A stretch of 32,000 bases of DNA from an uncultured Bacteroidia bacterium (GCA_902774345.1 CACYHZ010000004.1:16307-48306); one strand, 5' to 3'. Counted from the first letter of the stretch, positions 17,542-26,256 are shown. Program-made: numbers and translations. Notes: a model not told the origin generated them from the letters alone.

Positions 17542-18509
17542 CCGGTCAGAAATTCACGGTGGCCCACGATGCCCCCCTGCTGGAATACCTTTTCGAAATC
17601 CTTCCCGCGCAGTCCCGCACCAGCGTGAAGAACATGCTGTCCAAAGGGCAGGTTACCCTGGGCGGAGAACCCTGCACGGCCTTCGACCAGCCCCTGCACA
17701 AGGGCGACCAGCTGCTGATCCTGCCCAAGGGCATTTCGATGGCTCGCGCCACGCGCAGTGAAGCCCGCGACGAAGTGACCAAGGCCGGCGTAGCCATCCT
17801 CTTCGAAGACGATAACTATCTGGTGGTGGACAAACCATCCGGGATGCTTACCGTTTCCACCGCCCGGGGCAGCGCCGCCAAAAGCGGGCACCGGGAAAAG
17901 ACGCTGTACGCGCTGCTGAACGCCTACGTGAAGGTGAATGCCCGGATGCAGCGGAAAGAAGACCTGATCTCCGGACGAGAGCCGGACCGTTCCACGGCCA
18001 AGATCTGGATCGTGCACCGCATCGACCGGGGCACATCCGGCGTGCTGGTCTTCGCCAAGAATGAACGGGCCAAGGATATTCTGCAGAGCAAATGGAAGGA
18101 CCTGGTGGCCGAACGCCGCTACGTGGCCTGGCTGGAAGGCTCGGTGGAAAAGGACCAGGGGGCCATTCAGAGTTGGCTGGTGGAGAATCCCAAGTCCCTG
18201 AAGATGAATTCTTTCCCCACTGAGGTTGCAGACAGCCAACTGGCCATCACCCACTACCGCGTCCTCAGTCGCGGCCGACGCTATTCCCAGGTGGAGTTCC
18301 AGTTGGAAACCGGCCGGAAGAATCAGATCCGCGTACACGCCGCCGAACTGGGACATCCCGTTGCCGGCGACGAAAAATACGGGGCCGAGACCAACCCTGC
18401 CCGCCGGCTGGCCCTGCACGCCGCCACGCTGGTATTCCGCAATCCCTTCTCCGGGAAAATGGTTCGCTGCTCCTCCCCGCTCCCCGAATCGCTTACCAGA
18501 CTGAATTAG
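17538..18509 (+). CDS. RluA-family pseudouridine synthase with N-terminal S4-like domain
   Basis: Catalytic motif HRIDRGTSGVLVFAKN, TGRKNQIRVH, GDEKYG. The start overlaps the LRR gene stop (ATGA). Confidence 0.88.
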   Translation: MTGQKFTVAHDAPLLEYLFEILPAQSRTSVKNMLSKGQVTLGGEPCTAFDQPLHKGDQLLILPKGISMARATRSEARDEVTKAGVAILFEDDNYLVVDKPSGMLTVSTARGSAAKSGHREKTLYALLNAYVKVNARMQRKEDLISGREPDRSTAKIWIVHRIDRGTSGVLVFAKNERAKDILQSKWKDLVAERRYVAWLEGSVEKDQGAIQSWLVENPKSLKMNSFPTEVADSQLAITHYRVLSRGRRYSQVEFQLETGRKNQIRVHAAELGHPVAGDEKYGAETNPARRLALHAATLVFRNPFSGKMVRCSSPLPESLTRLN

Positions 18510-18904
18510 CGACAGTCGGGGCAGGTCCCTTTCAGCAGATAACTGACCGATTCCGCGTCATAGCCTTCCGGAACCGTCACGGGCGGGACCGGAATGTCCT
18601 CCAGACAGTAAGTCTTGTGGCACTTGACGCAATAGAAATGCACGTGGACATCGTCGTCGTGGTCCTCGTGATGGCTGTGGCACAGTTCGTAGCGCACGCC
18701 GTCACCGCTGTCTTCCAGCACATGCACCAGATGGGCCTCGCGGAAAGCCATAAGCGCCCGGAAGATATTGCTCTTGTCGATGGTTTCGAGGCGGGCCTCC
18801 AGCTCCATCAGCGACAGCGGCCGACCGGCACCGGACAGGGCCCGGGCCACCAGGAGGCGATTGGGCGTCGGCTTGACGCCATGTTCTTCCAACAGGTGTT
18901 CCAT
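18506..18904 (-). CDS. Fur-family metal-responsive transcriptional repressor
   Basis: 132 aa from ATG 18904 (MEHLLEEHGVKPTPNRLLV...). Winged-helix region SNIFRALMAFREAHLVH. Two CxxC pairs (CVKC, CPDC) and the His/Asp-rich stretch CHSHHEDHDDDVHVH. Confidence 0.85.
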   Translation of the reverse strand: MEHLLEEHGVKPTPNRLLVARALSGAGRPLSLMELEARLETIDKSNIFRALMAFREAHLVHVLEDSGDGVRYELCHSHHEDHDDDVHVHFYCVKCHKTYCLEDIPVPPVTVPEGYDAESVSYLLKGTCPDCR

Positions 18905-18905
18905 C

Positions 18906-20096
18906 TTACAGCAGCTCCTCCAGCAAGCGTTTGCAATGACCCGGCAGGATGATGTGATGGTTGCCAATGGGATCCGTCAGGAAATAGCGGGCATCGGCCG
19001 GGGACAGTTGCAGCACCACCTGCGTCCGGCACAGATTGTCTTCGTACTGATTGTACAGCAACTCCCCTTCTGCGGCAAAATGCCGGTCCAGCTTGCCCGA
19101 AACCTTGAATACGGTCACGGGGCCCTCCGGCAGCTCTCCGTGGATGCCCACGCCGATACCGGATTCGAAATGGGTATCGTACTGCCAGTTGGTGACCATA
19201 TTGAAAGGAACGGTGCAATGGGCGAAGAGCATCCGTCCCGTTTCCACGTCGATCCGGGAAGGGTTGGCCTGGAAGCCGGTGTATCCCGTGAGGGCCTGGG
19301 CGATCATCATGGACAGCAGGGCGGGGACATCGCCTTCGCAGGAAGCCGGAAGGCCATCGGCGTTGAAACTGGCCAGTGCCAGGCAGCCGGTATTGCCGAC
19401 GGACGTGAGGAGGTCAAAGCACCTAAGGGTGAAAGCGCCTAATTCATAGCGCTTTACCAGTACTTCCATGGCATGATAGATTTGCGTCGCACCCGGGTAG
19501 GAAGCCCGCGGCTTGGGGGCCATCGGCACTTCGGCCGGGGCGGCATCCTGCGGGGCCCGGGGAATCTCCTGCAGCAATTCCTCCATCGGGACCTCCACCA
19601 GTTTCACGCCCAGTTTGTCCATCAGCGCCATCGGATCCGCATGGCTGGCGATGAGCCAGTCGGAGGGCTGGCCGATCACGCCGATGCGCGTGCCCTGCAG
19701 GGTTTTCCGTGCCCGGGCCACCGTCTCCAGGTCCTGCACCCGCTGACGAAGATAGGCTTCGCTCCCGTGCAGCACCTCCCCTTTCAGACCCTGCTGGCGC
19801 AGGTAGGACAAAATCTCCAGGGAAGCCGCCAGGGAGTTGCTTTTGCCGGAGGTGAGCAGGTAATAACGCTCCGTTCCCCGGGCCAGCATCTCCGGCAGCA
19901 GGCTCTTGAAAATGCCCTCTGCGCCGCCGGTGCGCACATAAACCAAATCAAGATCGTGGGTGCCGAAGTCCGCGAAATTCGCGCCCTTAAACTCATAATC
20001 TCCCTCGGGAAACACCCCGCCAAGGAACTCGTCGCTCAGCCGCGAAACAGAAGCTTCGTCGTGCAGACCGGAAGTAATGGTATAAACTGCTGTCAT
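18906..20096 (-). CDS. L-fucose/L-arabinose isomerase-like family protein (uncharacterised)
   Basis: 396 aa from ATG 20096. Segments RIGVIGQPSDWLIAS, CEGDVPALLSMMI and GNHHIILPGH resemble the FucI/AraA-like superfamily as I recall it. The stop is 1 nt from the Fur start. Confidence 0.5.
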   Translation of the reverse strand: MTAVYTITSGLHDEASVSRLSDEFLGGVFPEGDYEFKGANFADFGTHDLDLVYVRTGGAEGIFKSLLPEMLARGTERYYLLTSGKSNSLAASLEILSYLRQQGLKGEVLHGSEAYLRQRVQDLETVARARKTLQGTRIGVIGQPSDWLIASHADPMALMDKLGVKLVEVPMEELLQEIPRAPQDAAPAEVPMAPKPRASYPGATQIYHAMEVLVKRYELGAFTLRCFDLLTSVGNTGCLALASFNADGLPASCEGDVPALLSMMIAQALTGYTGFQANPSRIDVETGRMLFAHCTVPFNMVTNWQYDTHFESGIGVGIHGELPEGPVTVFKVSGKLDRHFAAEGELLYNQYEDNLCRTQVVLQLSPADARYFLTDPIGNHHIILPGHCKRLLEELL

Positions 20097-20121
20097 ATAA
20101 AACAAAAAAAGGGAAAGCTGA

Positions 20122-20646
20122 TTACATCGCACCGCTACGACCTCCTACCCTTGCTGCATTCCTGCCCTGGGGGAGTTCAGAGGGAGCTGGTCGTGTAAGA
20201 CTTTCGTCTACGCAGGCAAACTTGCGGATGCGCTTGCTGCCCACCAGTATCACTTTCATAGGGCGGCCGTGCTTCTTCTGATACTCTGCCATTACCTGGC
20301 GGCAGGCGCCGCAGGGCGAAGCCGGGCTTTCGCACAGCACGCCATGGTCCGACCCGGCGATGGCCAGGGTGTCGAAGGGGACGTCCGGGTAATTGGCTCC
20401 GGCCCAGAACATGGCCACTCTTTCGGCGCAAAGACCTGAAGGATAAGCCGCATTTTCCTGATTGGCACCCTTGACAATGACACCGTTTGCCAGACGGAGG
20501 GCGGCCCCCACCTGAAAGTTCGAATAAGGGGAATAGGAGCCTTTCTGGGCTTCCAGGCACTGGGCTACCAGCTGCTGGTCTTCCGCGGTCATTCCCTTGA
20601 CAGAAGCGAATTCCTCGTAGTCGATGGTCAGTCTTTTTTCGCTCAT
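20122..20646 (-). CDS. cdd: Cytidine deaminase
   Basis: Zinc-binding motifs CAERVA (H/C-A-E) and PCGACRQVM. 174 aa. The C-terminal tail looks poorly conserved. Confidence 0.9.
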   Translation of the reverse strand: MSEKRLTIDYEEFASVKGMTAEDQQLVAQCLEAQKGSYSPYSNFQVGAALRLANGVIVKGANQENAAYPSGLCAERVAMFWAGANYPDVPFDTLAIAGSDHGVLCESPASPCGACRQVMAEYQKKHGRPMKVILVGSKRIRKFACVDESLTRPAPSELPQGRNAARVGGRSGAM

Positions 20647-20673
20647 GGTTTATAGGAAATAAAACTAAAAAAC

Positions 20674-21675
20674 CTAATCCCCCAGGGTAGCTACCATCAC
20701 GGCCTTGATGGTGTGCAGGCGGTTCTCCGCCTCGTCAAAGACGATGGACTGAGGGCCTTCAAACACGTCTTCCGTCACCTCCACGCCGTCCATGCCGAAC
20801 TTCTGGTACACCTCCTCGCCGGCCTTGGTGTCGCGATTGTGGTAGGAAGGCAGGCAGTGCATGAACTTGCACTGGGGATTTCCGGTGCGCGCCATCAGGG
20901 AGGCGTTCACCTGGTAGGGTTTCAGCAGGCCGATGCGCTCTTTCCAGACGGAGTCGGGTTCGCCCATCGACACCCAGATATCGGTGTAGATGAAGTCGCA
21001 GCCCTTGACGCCGGCGTCCACATCGTCCGTAATGGTAATGCGGGCCCCGGTTTCCTTGGCGATTTCCCGGCACTGGGCCACCAGCTCCGCAGCGGGCTGC
21101 AGGGCCTTCGGCGCAACGATGCGTACATCCATCCCCATCTTGGCACCGCCCACCAGCAGCGAATTGCCCATATTGAAACGGGCATCGCCAAGGTACGCGT
21201 ACGAGACCTGCTTCAGCGGCTTGTCCACATGCTCGGACATGGTCAGGAAATCGGCCAGAATCTGCGTGGGATGGAACTCGTTGGTGAGGCCGTTCCACAC
21301 GGGAACGCCGGCGTAACGGGCCAGTTCCTCCACGGTGGTCTGGGCGAAGCCGCGGTATTCGATGCCGTCGTACATGCGTCCCAGCACCCGGGCGGTATCC
21401 TTCATGGTCTCCTTGATGCCGATCTGGCTGCCGGTAGGACCCAGGTAGGTCACATGGGCACCCTGGTCGTAAGCCGCCACCTCAAAGGCGCAACGCGTAC
21501 GGGTCGAGGTCTTCTCGAAGATGAGGGCGATGTTCTTGCCCTTCAGCGTCGGCTGTTCGGTGCCGGCGTATTTGGCGCGCTTCAGGTCGCGGGCCAGGTC
21601 CAACAGATACTGGATTTCCTTGGGGGAAAAGTCAAGCAGTTTGAGGAAACTGCGGTTGCGAAGATTGAATGCCAT
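20674..21675 (-). CDS. argF: Ornithine carbamoyltransferase (catabolic context)
   Basis: STRTR carbamoyl-phosphate motif, HPTQ, the DIWVSMGE ornithine loop, and FMHCLPSYH. The C-terminus [22 protein letters not shown] closely parallels E. coli and Pseudomonas OTCs. Confidence 0.95.
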   Translation of the reverse strand: MAFNLRNRSFLKLLDFSPKEIQYLLDLARDLKRAKYAGTEQPTLKGKNIALIFEKTSTRTRCAFEVAAYDQGAHVTYLGPTGSQIGIKETMKDTARVLGRMYDGIEYRGFAQTTVEELARYAGVPVWNGLTNEFHPTQILADFLTMSEHVDKPLKQVSYAYLGDARFNMGNSLLVGGAKMGMDVRIVAPKALQPAAELVAQCREIAKETGARITITDDVDAGVKGCDFIYTDIWVSMGEPDSVWKERIGLLKPYQVNASLMARTGNPQCKFMHCLPSYHNRDTKAGEEVYQKFGMDGVEVTEDVFEGPQSIVFDEAENRLHTIKAVMVATLGD

Positions 21676-21678
21676 AAT

Positions 21679-22599
21679 TTATCGGATGATTCTGGTTCCG
21701 CAGGAAGGGTCTTCCAACGCTCCTGCTTCCGTGATGATACATTGTTTGCCGCCATTTTCGACGAAGGCGATGCCGGCACGCACCTTCGGGGCCATCGACC
21801 CTTCGGCGAACTGCCCCTGGGCGAGGTATTCGCGGGCCTGGGCCACCGTCATAACATCCAGGGGCCGCTCCTCAGGCTTGTGGAAATTGACGAAGACCTT
21901 GGGGACGTCGGTCAGGATATAAAACTCGTCGGCCTTCATGGTCACGGCCGCCAGGGCACTGGCCAGGTCCTTGTCGATGACCGCTTCCACGCCCCGGTGC
22001 CCTTCGGCGGTAGCCACGACGGGAATGCCGCCGCCGCCCACCGTAATGACGATATGCCCTTGCCGGGCCAGCTGCTCTACGATATCGATGTTGTTGATTT
22101 TCACAGGCCTGGGCGATGCCACCACCTTCCGCCAGCCAAGACCGCGGGGATCCGGCCTGTACGTAGCGCCGTCCTGCGGGGCCTCCTGGTAGTACGGGCC
22201 CACGAACTTGGTGGGATTCGGGAACATCGGATCATCGGCCGAGACCTCCACGCGGGTGACGACGGACACCACGTGGCGCTGGATACCTGCCTCCTTCAGC
22301 ACCTTTTCCAGGCCCGTCTCAATGAGATAGGCGATGGAGCCCTGCGTCTCGGCCCCGCAAAAATCCATCGGCATCGCGGGAAGGCCGAATTCCTTCCGCC
22401 CGGCCTCGTGCTGCAGCATCACATTGCCCACCTGGGGGCCGTTGCCGTGACCGATCACCAGGTCATATCCCCGTTCCACCAGATGGCGCAGCTGGCCGCA
22501 GGTGCGTTCCACATTCTCCAGCTGCTCTGCAAAGCTACCTTTCTGTCCGGCGCGCAACAACGCATTACCGCCGAAGGCAACCATAGCCAATTTCTTCAT
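21679..22599 (-). CDS. arcC: Carbamate kinase
   Basis: MKKLAMVAFGGNALL N-terminus, with HGNGPQVG and GGGGIPV motifs. The track start at 22617 is a TTG. The first ATG is at 22599, giving 306 aa. Confidence 0.93.
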   Translation of the reverse strand: MKKLAMVAFGGNALLRAGQKGSFAEQLENVERTCGQLRHLVERGYDLVIGHGNGPQVGNVMLQHEAGRKEFGLPAMPMDFCGAETQGSIAYLIETGLEKVLKEAGIQRHVVSVVTRVEVSADDPMFPNPTKFVGPYYQEAPQDGATYRPDPRGLGWRKVVASPRPVKINNIDIVEQLARQGHIVITVGGGGIPVVATAEGHRGVEAVIDKDLASALAAVTMKADEFYILTDVPKVFVNFHKPEERPLDVMTVAQAREYLAQGQFAEGSMAPKVRAGIAFVENGGKQCIITEAGALEDPSCGTRIIR

Positions 22600-22609
22600 A
22601 GTCAAGTAT

Positions 22610-23536
22610 TTATTCAATTGGGTTATCCCGACGCAGCGGAAGAGTCGAGCAGCGCAGCAGACCGCCCATCTTGGAAATCTCCCGATAGGGCACCGTTTCC
22701 ACGGTCATCCCCCACTGGTCCCGAAGATGCCGGTTCAGCCGGCTGAAATGTTCTTCGGTCACTACCACGTTCTCCGAAATGGAGAAGACGTTGGAGTTCA
22801 TATAGTACATCTCTTCCGTGGTGAGTTCGAATACGTTTTCGGGGCCGAAGATCTCGATCAGATGGTCGGCGTCGCGGGGGTTCATGAAGCCGCGCTTGTA
22901 GATGATGGCCTTGTCCTTCCCCACCGGCATGAAGGTGCAGTCCAGGTGCAGGATGCCCTCGTAGGGATCCGTGTCGGATTTGAGCAGGTTCAGCGGCACG
23001 ATGCTCCGGTCCGGGAAGAGCATCTTCAGGTACTCCACCGCCAGGCGGTTGGTACGGGCCGTCTTGACCGAGTGGTAGTCCGGGAAATCGTACTGGCCCA
23101 GGAAGATGTAATTCTTGTACAGGACCACGTCTCCGCCTTCCACATGAACGGCCTCCGGGAGGTTGTAGATCTGCTTGTAATGGATTTGCCGATAGATATC
23201 CTCGTAGGCGTCAATCTCTTCCTGACGGTCCGGGATAATATTGGAGACGATGATCTTGTCGCCGATCACAAAACCGACGTCGCGGGAAAAGACCTGGTTG
23301 CAGTTCGGAACCGGACGGGGGCGATAGACCTTGACGTCGTATTTCTTCAGGACGGCTTCGAAGGCACCCATTTCCCGGGCGATGTCCTCGTCGGAGGGAT
23401 ATACGCCGTTCAGGACGGACTCATAGGACTTGCTGTCGAAGGTTTCCTTCAGGCTGGGAACAGGCCCCGGCGAGTCCGGCAGCCCCAGTACCACCTCTCT
23501 CAAACGCGCCGTTTCGGATTGGATATTGAGAATCAT
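22610..23536 (-). CDS. Guanidino-group modifying enzyme superfamily protein (arginine deiminase/DDAH/amidinotransferase-like, short form)
   Basis: 308 aa from ATG 23536 (MILNIQSETARLREVVLG). FSRDVGFVIGD, ILHLDCTFMPVG (His-Asp region) and the C-terminal nucleophile motif GGLLRCSTLPL. Lies directly upstream of arcC and OTC. Confidence 0.75.
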   Translation of the reverse strand: MILNIQSETARLREVVLGLPDSPGPVPSLKETFDSKSYESVLNGVYPSDEDIAREMGAFEAVLKKYDVKVYRPRPVPNCNQVFSRDVGFVIGDKIIVSNIIPDRQEEIDAYEDIYRQIHYKQIYNLPEAVHVEGGDVVLYKNYIFLGQYDFPDYHSVKTARTNRLAVEYLKMLFPDRSIVPLNLLKSDTDPYEGILHLDCTFMPVGKDKAIIYKRGFMNPRDADHLIEIFGPENVFELTTEEMYYMNSNVFSISENVVVTEEHFSRLNRHLRDQWGMTVETVPYREISKMGGLLRCSTLPLRRDNPIE

Positions 23537-23567
23537 AACGTGCTTTAGTGTTATAGTATGTAAAGTT

Positions 23568-23598
23568 AACACTTTTTACGCAAACCGCCAAAAGTGTT
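23568..23598 (-). terminator. Weak A/U-rich hairpin after the binding-protein gene
   Basis: AACACTTTT / AAAAGTGTT, a 9-bp stem with a 13-nt loop, 14 nt beyond the stop at 23612. There is no clean U tract, so function is uncertain. Confidence 0.3.
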
Positions 23599-23611
23599 TC
23601 ACCCGCAGGGC

Positions 23612-24616
23612 TTATTCCACCGGGAGGTAATAGTGCAGGGTGCCGGGGGCTCCGGAGAAGATGCCCACCAGATCTTCCAGAATCAGGTCCGGATGCACGG
23701 GACCGCTTTCCCAGTAGCGGTTGCCGCCGCCGGGGGTGGATTGGAGGGTGTTGTTCCAGACGGGCTTGTCCAGGACGGGGAAGGTGGCGAAGAAAGGGTG
23801 CACGCTGCGGAGCTGATCCTTGCTGCGGCACCAGCCGGGATGCAGCCAGCAATCGGCCTCCTGGGCGTATACGTAGGCTGTTTCCAGGCTGATAATGGAC
23901 GATTCCGCCTTTCCCGGGACCGCGCCCAGGATGGCGCCGCCGGCATCGGCAAAGAGCCGCGTCATGTAATTGTCCCCGCCGGGAATGAACCATTCGTCGG
24001 CATAGGGAATGTTCACCAGCACCTTACAATGGACCGAGGGCTGGACCAGCGACAGATAATGTTCTTTGACAAAGGTAAAAACGGAATCCGCCTCGGACAG
24101 ATGGCCGGTCAGGGCACCGAACAGTTTCACATATTCGGCCCTTGCCAGCGGATGGTTCTCCAGGTGTTCGTTCACCACCACCGTCCGTATGCCCAGTTCC
24201 CGCAGCTTGGCCAGGTACAGCGGCTGTGTGGCGCCGACGCAGTAGGCCAGCACCAGATCCGGCCTGGCGCGCAGGATGGCTTCGTAATTGAGGGCGGCAT
24301 CATAGCCCACCTCCACGGCCCTGGCGGCCACTTTTTCGTTCCCCAGAAACTGTACGCCCGACACCCCCACTACCGTGGAATCCTGACCGATGGCTTCCAG
24401 ATAGCCTACATAGGAGGAGGACATACAGACCAGCCGGCGGACCGGAGCGGAGAGGGTATCGGCCCCGCCGCCTGGCGACAGGACCACGGCCCGGCCATCC
24501 GGCAGCAAGTGGAACCAGCGGGCATAGTCCATCCGCACCGGCGGCTCCGGGGCCTGGCTGCATGCAACGGCCAAAAGGGCCGCCCCCAACAGGGCTACCA
24601 GTTTTTGAAGGGACAT
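23612..24616 (-). CDS. Periplasmic binding protein, iron-siderophore/cobalamin (BtuF/FecB-like) type, probable lipoprotein
   Basis: Signal peptide MSLQKLVALLGAALLAVACS. The pattern RRLVCMSSSYVGYLEAIG...PDLVLAY is typical of class-8 substrate-binding proteins. No permease or ATPase gene is adjacent. Confidence 0.75.
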   Translation of the reverse strand: MSLQKLVALLGAALLAVACSQAPEPPVRMDYARWFHLLPDGRAVVLSPGGGADTLSAPVRRLVCMSSSYVGYLEAIGQDSTVVGVSGVQFLGNEKVAARAVEVGYDAALNYEAILRARPDLVLAYCVGATQPLYLAKLRELGIRTVVVNEHLENHPLARAEYVKLFGALTGHLSEADSVFTFVKEHYLSLVQPSVHCKVLVNIPYADEWFIPGGDNYMTRLFADAGGAILGAVPGKAESSIISLETAYVYAQEADCWLHPGWCRSKDQLRSVHPFFATFPVLDKPVWNNTLQSTPGGGNRYWESGPVHPDLILEDLVGIFSGAPGTLHYYLPVE

Positions 24617-25065
24617 CGGGTGAGATAGGAATTGTAGTAGCGCTTGTCTCCGCTCACTTCCGCCCCCAGCCAGGACGGACGGGGGAAGGACTCCCCTGCC
24701 TGGGGCAGTTCGATCTCGGCCATCACCAGACCCTCGTTGTCCCCGTGGAATTCGTCCACCTCAAAGAAGCGGCCTTCGCCGGCGGGAACCAGATAGCGGG
24801 TTTTGTCGATGCTGCCGCCGTGACAGAGCAAAAACAGGTCCTCAGCGTCTTGCAGCGGGATTTCTTTTTCCCACTCCTTGCGGGAAAGGCCGTCCAGCGA
24901 GGGGCCTTTGATGGTCAGGAAACCCTGGGCGTCACGGATGCGCACGCGCACCGTATTGCCGCCGTCGTGGGCAATATACCCCTGCTTGATCCGGTAGGCC
25001 TTGACGGCCTGCGCTTTGTAACGGTCGTCCAGGACCAGAAATTTTCGTTCGGTTTCTATGTGCAT
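24595..25065 (-). CDS. CYTH domain protein (triphosphate tunnel metalloenzyme)
   Basis: N-terminal ExExK signature in MHIETERKFLV. 156 aa with alternating charged beta-strand patterns (VRVRIRD, FEVDEF, MAEIEL). Confidence 0.85.
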   Translation of the reverse strand: MHIETERKFLVLDDRYKAQAVKAYRIKQGYIAHDGGNTVRVRIRDAQGFLTIKGPSLDGLSRKEWEKEIPLQDAEDLFLLCHGGSIDKTRYLVPAGEGRFFEVDEFHGDNEGLVMAEIELPQAGESFPRPSWLGAEVSGDKRYYNSYLTRCPFKNW

Positions 25066-25066
25066 A

Positions 25067-25624
25067 CTACATCAGCCAGTGGGACATATCTTTTCCGCTG
25101 GCAAGTCCTTCGCGGATTTCCGTGGATGAGATGGTAACCAGCGGCGCCTTCAGGAGCTCAATCTTGTAGGACGGGTCTTCTTTCAGCAGGCGGGCCTTGT
25201 CGCGCCCCCGGTGGTATCCCTTGCGGGGAAAGACCACCACGCCATACTCCCTCAGGATGCGGTCGTGATAGCGCCAGCCCTGGAAGGCGGCCAGATTATC
25301 GGCCCCGATGACCAGGGTAAAATCGTGCTCCGGTTCCCGTTCCTTCAGGGCGTCCAGGGTGCGGATGGTATATTGGGGCGGGGTCATCTTCAGTTCGATG
25401 TCCTGCACCGCCACCTTTAGGTCCGGATGACGGTTAACCGCCTGGACGGCAGCATCATAGCGCGCCTGGCCGGCCGGAAGGCTGTGCGACACCTTGAAAG
25501 GATTCTGCGGGGTCACCACCAGATACACCAGGTCGAAACCCGCTTCCTGCGTGAGGAAGCGGATGATGGCTTCGTGCCCTTTGTGCAGGGGGTTGAAGCT
25601 GCCACTGTACACCGCAATCCTCAC
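25067..25624 (-). CDS. nadD: Nicotinate-nucleotide adenylyltransferase
   Basis: GSFNPLHKGH (the HxGH nucleotidyltransferase motif) and ISSTEIR near the C-terminus. The start codon is GTG at 25624, overlapping the gmk stop (GTGA). No in-frame ATG is nearby. Confidence 0.9.
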   Translation of the reverse strand: MRIAVYSGSFNPLHKGHEAIIRFLTQEAGFDLVYLVVTPQNPFKVSHSLPAGQARYDAAVQAVNRHPDLKVAVQDIELKMTPPQYTIRTLDALKEREPEHDFTLVIGADNLAAFQGWRYHDRILREYGVVVFPRKGYHRGRDKARLLKEDPSYKIELLKAPLVTISSTEIREGLASGKDMSHWLM

Positions 25625-26184
25625 TGCAGGAAATCGTCCACCATCTTTTCGGCCCGGGCATAGGCCTGGTCCAAATCGTCGTTAATCAGAATCTGGTCGA
25701 AGTGCGGGGCGTAGGTCATTTCTTCGGCCGCCTTGGCCACCCGCTGTTCGATGGCCTCGGGGGTGTCGGTGGCACGGGCCACCAGGCGACGGCGGAGCTC
25801 TTCCACCGAAGGGGCCTGGATGAAGATGGACAGGGCTGCATCGCCGAAATACCGTTTCAGCGAAACGCCGCCCTTTACATCCACGTCGAAGATAATGACG
25901 TGTCCTTTGGCCCAGATACGGTTCACCTCGCTTTTCAGGGTGCCGTAGAAACGGTCCGGATACACCTCCTCGTACTCGACGAACTTGTCGTCCCTCACGA
26001 GGGCGCGGAAAATATCGGCGCTGTAAAACAGATATTCCACGCCGTCCTGCTCCGCACCCCGCGGTGGACGCGAGGTGGCCGACACCGAAAACTCAATCTC
26101 CGGATGCAAACCCAGCAAGTGATTCACGATGGTGCTCTTACCGGAACCCGAAGGCGCTGAAAATATCAAAACTTTACCCGACAT
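25621..26184 (-). CDS. gmk: Guanylate kinase
   Basis: P-loop SAPSGSGKST, SATSRPPR, and Y.FV GMP-binding elements. 187 aa. Confidence 0.95.
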   Translation of the reverse strand: MSGKVLIFSAPSGSGKSTIVNHLLGLHPEIEFSVSATSRPPRGAEQDGVEYLFYSADIFRALVRDDKFVEYEEVYPDRFYGTLKSEVNRIWAKGHVIIFDVDVKGGVSLKRYFGDAALSIFIQAPSVEELRRRLVARATDTPEAIEQRVAKAAEEMTYAPHFDQILINDDLDQAYARAEKMVDDFLQ

Positions 26185-26200
26185 ATGATTTTATCTTTCC

Positions 26201-26208
26201 ACAAAAAT
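26201..26208 (-). promoter_or_regulatory. -7 promoter box TATTTTTG for the gmk operon
   Basis: The minus strand carries TATTTTTG 16 nt upstream of ATG 26184. Confidence 0.4.
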
Positions 26209-26211
26209 AGT

Positions 26212-26219
26212 TAAATTTG
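26212..26219 (+). promoter_or_regulatory. -7 promoter box TAAATTTG for fba
   Basis: TAAATTTG lies 37 nt upstream of ATG 26257. It sits back to back with the gmk box, 3 nt apart. Confidence 0.45.
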
Positions 26220-26256
26220 TGAGCTTTTAGAAATTTATCGTTCTAATTTTATAACT

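Noticed and set aside
17172-18419. 415-aa minus-strand ORF antisense to the pseudouridine synthase
   Set aside because: The plus-strand gene has the HRxDxxTSG, TGRxxQIR and GDxxYG motifs. The minus ORF is featureless.
20122-20200. Possible frameshift or read-through at the 3' end of cdd (odd tail TRPAPSELPQGRNAARVGGRSGAM)
   Set aside because: The tail looks non-conserved, but I translated the alternative frame and it gives no clearly better cytidine deaminase C-terminus. Without an alignment I cannot support a pseudogene or frameshift call.
20713-22746. 677-aa stop-free plus-strand ORF running antisense across both OTC and carbamate kinase
   Set aside because: Its composition (G/H/A/L/R/V-rich, no motifs) is typical of the antisense frame of GC3-rich genes. 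Both sense-strand genes carry textbook catalytic motifs. No promoter box or plausible start context was seen.
20674-23536. Alternative reading of the cluster as an agmatine deiminase / putrescine carbamoyltransferase pathway
   Set aside because: The carbamoyltransferase has the ornithine-type DxWxSMG loop and an OTC-like C-terminus. The first enzyme lacks the agmatine deiminase-type motifs I recall. The ADI-type interpretation is therefore preferred, though the substrate remains unproven.
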